From assembly GCF_964355755.1 (NCBI RefSeq), contig NC_092671.1, positions 26,610,070-26,674,069 of the forward strand: a stretch of 64,000 bases of DNA. Reading direction: 5' to 3'. The notes beneath the pieces were generated by a model. That model saw only the letters and a program-made list of their open reading frames with translations, was not told the origin of the DNA and did no database searches. This DNA is from Antedon mediterranea. Taxonomy: Eukaryota; Animalia; Echinodermata. Shown here in pieces: positions 39,801 through 51,800 of this stretch (its first letter is position 1; every line of letters begins with the position of its first letter). The position numbers were made by a program, and so were the translations under genes.

Positions 39801-42800
39801 GATTGATCATGTACTTCCAACTTGTTTGTATTACTTTTTAAACATCATTATTATGATGAATAATAAAAGATGTAAAACCATTATTCAAAGTCCTTTGTGT
39901 AAATTGGATCTAGGGTACACTGACTTTACCAAATGGTGACTATATAAATGGTTCTTTTACTGGACTGTGGGGAGATGGAGTGAAGGTCAACGGTGTGTTT
40001 AGCAAGGCAGCTGAAGAATACGATGTATCAAGGTAAATTTAATATTTTGTCCTCACACAATTTAAAAAATAGTCTTACAAAATGTAAATTGAGCATGTGA
40101 AAGCAAACCAGAATAGGTCGTTAGTCTTTAAAAATCTTAATTTTACATTTGTATGTATGAATCTGCTGTTAGCCATTTTTTTCGGTATAAAATATGTTCA
40201 GCCTGTCTCAGTTGTTTTCGCAACTAAAGCTCTGTCTACACTGTGAAACTAGTTTGATGTGCCCAAATATGGTAGTGATATACCCATATATGGTAGCGAT
40301 ATGACATCATGTCCATATATGGGCACATCATATTTGTTGTCACATAAATTTTAATAGTGTAGCCAGAGGTTTTGATGTATTAAGAAGATAAGAAGCAGGC
40401 ACTCAATGCACTCTACATAAATTCATGAAAAAAGGAAATGGAAAAATTGTTGGATAATGAAAAGGCTTGTTGGAAATGCTTGGTTTTAAAAGAGTTCAAA
40501 TTAAAATTGGTAAGGAACCCATCAATTTTGATCTGCCATTACATTCAGACATCATTATAAGTAGATCAGGAAGGGTTAGACTGACACAGGAAAAATATCC
40601 CCAAACCGTTTCAGATTTTCACCAATGTACATAGCATGCAATTTATTTAACAAAAACTTTTCAAGATAGTCACTTGTATCATTTGTATTTATTTATATAG
40701 TTATCACATCGTATTATTTATTCTACTCAGGTACAAAACATATCTCAAAATTGTTAACAATTTTGACAATAAAGTTACAAGATAAGTATGGCCATACCAT
40801 ATGTACAGTAGCTTCCTAGTCCTTGGAGTCACAAGCTAAACAACAAATGTTTGTTTTACAGAAAATTAGGGCAGTTTACAATAAATGCTGCATCTAAGTG
40901 GGAGGATCTATTTGGTCAATGCAGAGCTGCCATTGGCTGGCAAGAAAATGTGGCACAAGATACAGACAAGGCATGGGATATGGTGGCAGTGTCAATGAAC
41001 AATGCTAAGATTCTACTGGAGAGAGAAAGGTAATCTATATTATAAGATAGAGAAATTGTACATTTGTTCTTTTACAAATTGTTCCTATTGCACATATCCA
41101 TACACATGGCCGCAATTGTACTTTGAATGCTTATATGAGGTTTCTGCCATTTTGGAGCTAAGTTAGCTGCCAAAATTGGGGTCACTTTAGATTGTCCCTA
41201 CTGCACGTATCCATACACATGTGGTATTATAATGGCTACAATTGTACTGAGAATGTGTGTAAGAAACTTGAACATTATACACCATCTTGCATTGCATCCA
41301 ATATAGCAGCCAAAATCGGGTATAAATATCCCACTTACAGCATGGCAATAGGAGGTTTTATAAATTAATACTTTTGTTCTTTTTTACAGGCAAGGCAAAG
41401 GACTACCTAGTTGTCGAGTAGATTGTGCTGGGTTAGACATGATTCCTAAAATTAACAGACAGAAGTTGACTGAGGTAGATCTTAAAACTATTCAAGGGTA
41501 TCTAGAAAAGGTATTATAGTAACAAAATACTAATCATCATAAAGGAAATCATTTAATATAGATCATTCATTTCATGAAAGTAGTGTTTTACATTTAATCA
41601 AAGAAGAAAGAAACTTTGTAAAAAAAGTGACAGCACCCTCTTTGACTTTTTTCTGGTCTGCAACGTCTTTATTATTTGACAAAACTTTCAGATTCATTTG
41701 TCAGACTGGCACCGCTAGTCACTAGAAAAAAAACCACTATAGACCCTGCGGTAAAAATTATAGTTAGCATGACTAGAGCAACATCAGCCTGTCAAACGTC
41801 TCAATTTAAAAATAGTGCAACTAAAACAACCATAACTATTTTTTTTCAAATTCATAAAATACTACTACAGTATTGAGCTTAGTGAAATTTCCACAACATT
41901 TTTATACCTATATATTTCAACATATCCTTGATTTCTAAAATTTGTGTACATACTTAGGTTGATTTAAATCAGCTTTCATTTTTCATCTTTCCAAAATTAA
42001 ATGGTGATTAAGTTGTATAGTATACCAATTTGTTCAATTTACTGTAGGCTCAATATACATATAAAATTATGGAAAAATTAAAAACATCATTTGGTTAATG
42101 TTGTTTTTTTCACTGCTAAATGACTAACAAATACCATTATCTTTTTATCGACCATTGCTTTATCGTAGCTAAAGTACAGTACTTTTTTTTTATATGTTAT
42201 TATCAATTATGTTAAAATTATGTTAAAATTATGTTTGCTAGGCTTTCAACTCCAGGTTACATCCACTTGGAAAGCTGATTGATAACCTGGTTCATGCATT
42301 CACTAATACCTACCTCGGCATAGGTGCACATCGACGTCTTTTGCCTTATGCCGTCGAAGAAATTAAATCATTTGTCAACAGACTCCATGATATTGTCAAG
42401 TTAGTACACTCTTTTTATAATACTGTATTAGAATAAACATCCAAGAATAAAAAGTTACACAAATAATGAATGTGGAGAATATTTAAGACAGTCTGGTCTT
42501 TAAGAAATGAAAATATTCTGGCCATTCAACAAATATTGCCTACAAAAATAAGCCTAGCTAAGCCAGGCCTAAATACCGTCCACGATAGGACATTCACCAC
42601 GAGCAACTTGGGTAGTGCATTGTTTCTCTTTTTATCATAATTTACCATAAGTTCTTATTTTTTTTCTAATTTATGGAATGGTTCATTTGTTTAATTTCTT
42701 AGAGTTCTCTTTCCAAGTTTACCTGGTGGTAACAATAATTGCAATGGAGAAACCAAAACACATAGTCCACATGTAGATGCGAATCCTGAACTGTCTTATT

Positions 42801-45800
42801 ACTATGATTACGGCATGATGAACCCTGACGAAAATCGCACAAGTGAAAGTAAACCTCCAGCCGAAACTGACAGGTACGTTGTCCATAAAATGATAGAGAT
42901 TATTTCACTATGTCGACTGATAGCCTATGCCCTTGCACAAATCGACTGGTATGTCGATTGAGAACTTGTTCAGTGTCAGTTTGCTGTTTGCCTTCTGACT
43001 TTACTGCAAAAGTTGATCAAAATCGTGACGAATGAATGATCTTGCGATGATTTTCCAGGGAATGTAGTAAAAGGCATCTACATTAAATTACATTTAAATA
43101 AAGGGTCTTATCACTAGGGCCTCGAATTAAAAAAAACCAGTCAACTACTACCATGTGCGTGTTCACTAAAACATTACTTATACTTATTTGTCTACAAATT
43201 AAGCATGTTTGTTTATTTTACATCTTCGGTACATTTATTTTATTCAGAATGAGAAATGAACTGTACGGAACTTTTTAATAATTGTTTATAAAATCAAAAA
43301 AACCAACCAGATTATAACAGGAAAAGATGGTGAAGGAAAGTGTTTCCTGAAAACTTGGCATTTCTGTCTGGCTGTTTTTCTTTTTTTTAACTTTTGATTT
43401 AGCTTTTTGCTTATATTGTATCTCAATTGACATGGATCCACTGATACCCAAGCCCAAAGCATGTTGTCCTTTTTCAGTATTTTGCCTTTAATCTTTTCAT
43501 TTATTTTTTGGTTTCGTTTTTTATAAGGGCTGTGCAAGTAACTGTCGAAAGCATAATGCACCCGTTACTATTAACGCGCCTGTACCCTGCATTATTTGCG
43601 TTGTATGCACTCAACCATGACCAAACTGATGACTGTTACTGGGATCGTCTCTGCCGTCTCAACAAGCAGCCAGACATTCCATTAATGTCCTACCTAGGGA
43701 TACACAAGTTAGTATATATTATCTATTAATTCAATTCAACTGAACGAACACCATAGTATGCTAATTAGTGCTGAATAGGTTTTCAACTCCATCTCTACGA
43801 TGTAGAAGAGAAGGATTCCATATGTGTGTATTTCGATACAGTTTAATCAATATTAACCATTTTTTTATACAAGAGAGAAAATAAAATTAAATATAATTCA
43901 TAAAAAAAAGATTAGTAAAACATGAGATTAATGGAAACGGTACAGAGAAATATTAAATATCACTCTTACATCACCTACTAGGTTGAAAAATATACACACC
44001 CATGATAATTAATGTGTTAATTTTAAATATGGTATTTTTATTCAATTCTCATGTTATGATATATCTGATGTTTATATGACCCGGAGTTTATATGACCCGG
44101 AGTCTATATGACCCGGAGTCTATATGACCCGGAGTCTATATGAACTTAAGTTCATATGAACTTAAGAATATATGAACTTAAGAATATATGAACTTAGGTA
44201 TATATGAACTTAGGTATATATGAACTTAGGTATATATGAACTTAGGTATATATGAACTTAGGTATATATGAACTTAGGTATATATGAACTTAGGTATATA
44301 TGAACTTAGGTATATATGAACTTAGGTATATATGAACTTAGGTATATATATGATATGATGTCTATATGACCTGATGTTTATTTAACTATGATAGAGGGTT
44401 GTGAAAATGAAACTAAAATTATAATTTGTCAAAGACTTTGATTGTCAGGGAATGCGACGAAAATATGCATGGTGGGGAGGGGCATGCATGATTGAAATGC
44501 TTTTGTATTTAATACGAGTAGTAGTTTAATTAATACTTTTCTGTACTTCTACACATTTTTTGTCTTATTCAAGGATGGGTCTAGATATATACTTTGTGAA
44601 TTTGTATGTATACACAAGTGGGATATTGCATCACTGATGCCCTCATTTAGTATAAATTCTTATCTGTAGCCATTTTTATTCAAAATATTTCTTGCAGTAT
44701 AGCCATAGAGCAATAATTGCTTTATGGTCTAATCATCTTTTGCCTTGATGTATCTTAAAATTTGTGACATCACAATACTAAATTATTTACAAGTTTATGT
44801 AAAGAACTTCAATTCAATGTACAGTAGATCTCATTAATTATTGATGTATCCATTTTTCTAATTCATGTTATTCTGTGTATTGTTAGATACCCTTAATCAA
44901 TATCAGCTTCAATATTCCTAATTACTATGGCTTCAAAATTCTTTAATACTGTCACAAATTTGACTCAAAGAAATATTAAATAAAACTACTAATTATTCTA
45001 CCAAATTTTTCGCATATTTCACGTATCTCCTCGAAAACCACTAAAAGGTATGTGCTCACATTTTGCACAATGATGTTTATTGATGGGCCGCTCACGATAG
45101 GCTATGTCACTGTCCTAAATTTTAAGGATAAACACTAAAAAAAGGCAAAAATAGCAGTAATTTGACCATTTTTTGCGTGTTGTTACGTTACAAACGTCAA
45201 CTACACAACCTTCTCCATTGTGTATCGCAATGGCCTGATCTACACACACAATGCCGAGCCGCCAAATTAAAACAGTGTTTAGTCTCGACAGCCGCCCAAC
45301 CGTATCGACTGATCGTGTCGTTGAAGTTTTAATTAATTACACCTATCCTATAAACAGAATGTATTTTGTAAATCACGGTTTGGCCCAGTGAGTAAAACGC
45401 TGTGGCCATCAACATTAATGCTTAGTAGGTTCGAGTTCGAATCCGCGATAGTTTAAATAATAATTATCTCTGCCTAAAGCAACCAATCTAAACCACAATG
45501 TATTTACAATAGTAGCAAAAAAGATACCAAACCTCACGAAAAAAAATGCAAAATATAAAAAAAAACATTTTAAAAAAATGTAAATTATTAGAAAAACAAA
45601 AAAACACACACTACAAATAAAATGATTCCAAAGTCGTGTTTCCACAAAGTATAAAAGTTTGTGTCCGAGCGCATCATCTAATTTTCGAGTAGTGAGTGCA
45701 CTTTTTGTGTTGATTTTAAAGTCTGTTTTATTATTCCAATACTCACATCTTAATTCTATAACTTAATTCCTATTTATATTTTATCATTAAAATGTTTTAA

Positions 45801-48800
45801 TCTAACGACTGATTAACAGACGTCACTTTCTGATGCTCACCCCAGATTATTAATATTCACACAGCACAAAGGACAATATCCAGTATTGCACTTTTATAAT
45901 ACTTAATCATCCCATGCAAATTATTTTTAAGGCAGACAAGACCATGATGAGCACAGGTTATTGCTAGACCACACTTTAATTACAAAAGGAGCAAATAGAT
46001 AACAAATCTCCCAAACAAACACAAATAACAAAATATTAAAACCATTGAAATAAAAAAACGTTTTATTATACATGCAAAGTATCCTTATGTTTACGGAATT
46101 TAGAATTCCTTCTTTTTATGAATTATTATTGAAATTCAATATATGGCCTGATGTGTAGACTAAATGCAAGCGAAAATGTTTTAGTGTCAACGATTATAAG
46201 CAATGTCTTATATAAGTCAAAGATGCTCTCCAGGTGGAATGTCATCCAGAGATGAGTAGTAGTAGTCTTGTTTATTTTATTTCATTTATAATATGTAATT
46301 TTTATTTCTATGGACCAGAGATTCAGAAATAAAAGATTGAATGAATAACCATATATTAAGGCAGAAAAGACAGTGAGGAGCACGGGTTACTGCTAGTTGT
46401 ACATAATTTCGCGTTGTCAAAGGCTTTCATAATAATTAAAATAAATATTTCATTTTAGTTCACTATTAAAATCAACATAGAAAATACAAATGGTGGCCTG
46501 ATAGGACCAGATCAAATGCAATTTTTACAAACATTTAAAACAAAAATTTTATATATAAAATTTTAAAATATATAATTACACTATGAAAACAAACACCAAC
46601 AAAAAAATATATATAACATTTATATTAAAATTACAGATAAATAACAGGAAACAAAAAAACAAAATAAATATACTTTGTATAAATATTATTCATTAGTGAC
46701 CGAATAAATATTATTATTATAACTTAAAAATAGAGCCTTTTCAGAATTGTTATTGACCTTTCTTTATTCTCACACAGTGCCTTTGATTCGTTTCTAAATT
46801 GGCGCTATATACATTTATGGTGTTAATATATTTTGCAATTTCTTATTTTTATTGTTTAGTCTTGAGTGCCTTTAAATATTTTTATACCACAATACATAAA
46901 TTAAAATTAATAATTGATTAAAGAACTTGGGCAATAATGTAATTGAACTACCTAGGTTAAAAAGAATAAGGCAAATAATAATGAGCTACACAGGTTAAAG
47001 AAAATTAAATAATATGTATTTTTAATTATATTATGTTATTTACTATTTGTTTGTAGGCAATATGTTAATCAATAATGAGATACCTATAGATTGCAGAAAA
47101 TAAAATAATATGTATTTTTGATTATATTATGTTATTTACTATTTGTTCCTAGGCAATAAGGTACAATCACTAATGAGATACCTAGGTTACAGAAAATTAA
47201 ATAATATGTATTTTAAATTATATTATGTTATTTGCTATTTGTTCCTAGGCAATAAGGTACAATCACTATGAGATACCTAGGTTACAGAAAATTAAATAAT
47301 ATGTATTTTTGATTATATTATGTTATTTACCATTTGTTCCTAGGCAATAAGGTACAATCATTAATGAGCAACCGAAGTTAGAGAAAATTAATCAATTTGA
47401 ATGTTTAAAATTCTAAATTCATTTGTTCCTAATATAAAGGTCATTATTAATGAGTTACCCAAGTTTAAAGGAAATATATATAATGTATTTTTTAATTCTA
47501 TCACATATTTACCATTTGTTTCTAGACAATAAGGTAATTAATAATGAGCTACTCAAGAAATTGAATTATTCATCAAAATGATATTCAAGGCGATTTGAAG
47601 ACTAACCATATTTCACCTATTGTTCCATCCCCATTCTTTACGATCTGTATGCTAAAATCAATATTAAATTAAGCTTATATTTCTATAATCAATAATTGGA
47701 TGATTACACCTGAATGATTATTATCTTGAGTATTTGATCTGTAGAGCATCTATATTATTACCTTTCTTAAAAATCTATATTTAATGTACAGGATTTTGTG
47801 GTGTCAAATATATAGGTGTTTGCTCTCATTTTAATTAACAAATAAGCCACGTTTATTGTCTTACACTTCCATATTATTGTATTCAATTTACATTAGATAA
47901 AATAATCATAAAACGTACAATTATTGGGACATACTGTATGTTTAAATTATAATTTAAATATTAGGATATTATGTTTGATATAAATAGAACAATTATTAAT
48001 TATATATATATTTTTTTAGGTAAATCCTATTTATGTGTATATATTTAGTTGTCTACTTTTATGAACCCACCAATTATCACTGAGTGCCATGAATTTAAAG
48101 TATGTAAGTTTATATTTTATTTGAATTTTTAAAACTAGGAACCTTTGGCTGCTACCAGAGCAAACAGACCAGGAAAGTACAAGGGTACGTTGTTTACTGT
48201 TATTCAGTCATTTTCCTTTTCATTCATCTATTTATAAATACTTTTACTCCCAGTAGTGGGAAAGGTTAGGCCTTACATGGCCTCTAAAAACTCTTCTTTG
48301 ATCTAGTCTTTTCACTCACTCAATCAATCATCCCTTTATTTGTAGCCTACATTTAGTCCATTTAATTTAGTCACTTCTTCATTTTCTATGACCCTTAGTG
48401 TCATCAATTTATTCAATATTTCCTAAAGCGTTGTTTAAAACTTTACAAAGTTTTATCAAAAGTATTAAAAAATCAAATTTAATTTAATTTGTATTAGGCT
48501 TATGTTTATGGACCCACGGCATCAGCCAGTAGTTATAAAACAACTCAATGATATCATTGTTGAATATGGAACCTTTTATCATAAACTTTAAGAGCTAGAA
48601 AGCCACTCCGAGAGTGCATACCTCCGTCTACTGTAAAATTCTCCTACATAAGATTTCTCCGGTAAAAAAAATATATATATATATTTGTGTGTGTCTTAAT
48701 GCTGTTGGTGATTTAGGCTAATTTCACTACAAAGTACAAGCATGTGTATGCGAGTTTGGTGTAATGGTTATGTAACAAGCCTTCAAACGAGTGAATGTGA

Positions 48801-51800
48801 AAAGAAATAGGTTTTTTAAACAACTCGCATTAAAAAACGTGCACATTAAATCAAATTATGTTTTAAAATTACAAATCACAAATTATAACTCTTGCCTCTT
48901 GTACAAAAATAAAGTTTTTTGGACAAGTAGTTCTTGAGAAAATGCAATTTCAGTTTACTTCTTACTTTAAGACTGCTCGCCGGCTTTTGAAAAAATCTGT
49001 CCTATCTTTTAACACTAGCAGGTCTGAAAAGTATACTCAAAAAGTGGTCCAGAATTTAGAATGGAATGGAACGGTCCTTGACCACATATCTATCTGTATA
49101 TTCATTTTGGTAAAGATCTTGTAATTACTTTTTGAGTAATCCTGCTAGCAAACAAACACACGCTACCGATTACATACCTCCTTGGTGGAGGTAAATAATT
49201 GGTTACCAGCTATACTGCATTGTTTATCTTTCCCTAATTTTTTGTTTACATTTATATTTACAGAGATATTCTGAAACAGTGGATGTTTGTTACAAAGAGG
49301 CTGTTGAAAATTTACGTAATTTAAGGTAAGACCCAATAATATTGACAAATGGATATATTGATCAAATTGATCGGCCCTCCTGGGCGGTTGTCTGATATTA
49401 AAATAAATATCTCAAGTTAATATTGAATATATTTTCGTCATCAGCTTTTCTGGTATCGCCATCTTGTGAAATTCTTACTTGTTTAATGTCACTAACTTTA
49501 TTATATTGTCAATAATAGATTAAATGTCATAACATATTCTTTGTGTGTATAATAATATGCCTTGGCTCTAGCAGCTGTGTGTACTATACATACTGCACAG
49601 CCACTATGTGCATAGCCAGTTTTTTAATAATATATTGCAAGATTGCTCACTGAAATTTTACCGATATTTGTGAAAAAATTCTTATTGATATAATCATTCA
49701 TTTATTTCATTTGGTGAAAATCATTATCAAAAATATGTATAAAAAAACAAAAAAAGATAAACTATACACATAAAATATAAAAATATTTAAAATACAGTCA
49801 TATAAAATAGTAAAATATTAAAAAAGGTATAAAAGGACAGTAAAAATGGAATGAATAATACCAAAATTGGTTTGATTTGGCAATAAAAAAAAATTGGCAT
49901 TATAAGATTTTGACTAGAATGGGTATCATTCCATTTTAATAATATACAAATAATGAATGTTATATGAGTGTAATGGTACAAATAATGGCATGAGGTGAAT
50001 GATGAAAGGTTATATATCAATAAGGTGAAGCCGAGATGATATATAACCTTTCATTCACCAAATGCCATTATTTGTACCATTACTCGAATATAAAACATTC
50101 ATTTTTTGTTTTATTTATATAACATCTAAATAGATTAGGCCTAGCCAGACAAGGTCTACATTTGATTCATATTGATTAAAACAGTAACATTTGGTTTTTA
50201 ATAATTATATTAAATATACAGCAGTATTGCTATATATAATATCATAACAGCATAGCATAATATACTATAGATACTCTTTAATTCGATACAAACATAGTTT
50301 TATAAAATTATTCTAAGTAATGTAAAAATGTATGGTTTCTGGTGAAAATGTCACAGTTTAACATAACTTCTTACCAACCAATGACAGAATTCCTTTGTAT
50401 TATTATTATTATTTATTTCCTTTATTGCATCAAGTAAGCAGTGATGAAGTTGACATAAATATAATAGTAAATATGTAAACACATAGTATAACACAGTCCA
50501 AACAAGTAATACTAAAATAAATCATAGTCTACAAATCAGTCTTTCAATGGCCATCATAGTACATCCAGTAACACAAACCAATAGGGGTTCACAATTTGCT
50601 TATCATAACTCAGTTACTGATCATTCACCAATCATTGAAAACTCCGTGGAAAGTATACAGTAGTAGAGCACTCTATTTTGGGGACACTTTCCTGAGAAAC
50701 GATGTTTTAATACTATTACAAATAATTTGTCTGGCTTTTGTTGGCGGTTTTAGCAAAAATGCTTTACAATACTGGTATTTTCTTATTCAATGAATTTTGA
50801 TATTCAAAAAAAATCTTTATTTGGTGGAATACTGTGAGCCTGTTACTGATAATGATAAATTCCAAATTATTATACCGATATTACCTGCTTCCGGAAAATA
50901 TTGTTCTGAGAGGAAAATGTTATGAAATTTTATATTTCACCAATAGAAAATGCAATATATGATATTTTCTTTTCAGTACCTCATACACTCCACATGATAA
51001 GCTATTAGTAATTGAGAGGACTTTTGAAGCAATGGACAAAGAGGTGAAAGGTCATGCAGCTGACCATATATGGAATATGGATGACCTGTTTCCAGTTTTC
51101 CAATATATAGTTATAAGAGCACGGTTAGACATTTCTTATTACAAAACACTTTAAGTGCCTTCTTTTTCATTTAATTGGACTTTATTCAGTAGATCATTCT
51201 TCAACCTTCTTTTCTAAAACAAATTAATTCTGCATTTAGTACGTGTAAATTTATTTAGTGTCGTCTAATTTTTGTTGCTTTTGTATAGAGCATTATTTTA
51301 TTAGCCTTGGTCCTATGTACTTAGCACGGCTCTTAATTTGATCTTTGTTATCCATTGTAATAATTTACACAATATTATTATTGATTGTATATCATATAAA
51401 TCGATCGAATTGAAAGTGTAGTCAATTCCATATTCAATAAATTTATATTTCTATACATTTTATTGTTTGCTTCCTTAGATACCATATTTTATAATGATAA
51501 TGTTGGAAACAGTTAACCCAGATATTTGATAGAAACATTGACAAAAGTACAAATCCTTGTATCTTGATGGCCATCTTCTTCAGTTCAGTTTTCCATTTTC
51601 TTTTATTTTTCCTCTTTTTTTCTTTTCATTTTCTTCTTTTTTAATTTTCCTCTTTTTCCTTTTCTTTTTTTAATTTGTTTTTTAAACTTTTATTTTATCT
51701 TATAATTTTTTATTTCTGAAATTATCTTCTTTATTATAGGATTCGTCATCTTGGTTCTGAGATCCAGTTTGTGGAAGACCTAATGGAGGATGAAGTTTCC

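Noticed and set aside
43321-43375. Possible ALS2 exon after ataacag
   Set aside because: The required phase-2 frame gives an immediate TGA and there is no good donor.
45376-45450. tRNA gene (also 15553-15617 and 17170-17245)
   Set aside because: Only A/B-box-like remnants inside repeats; no complete cloverleaf could be drawn.
48498-48590. Possible ALS2 exon after gtattag
   Set aside because: The required phase-0 frame hits a stop; exon 49264-49325 supplies the expected VPS9 sequence.
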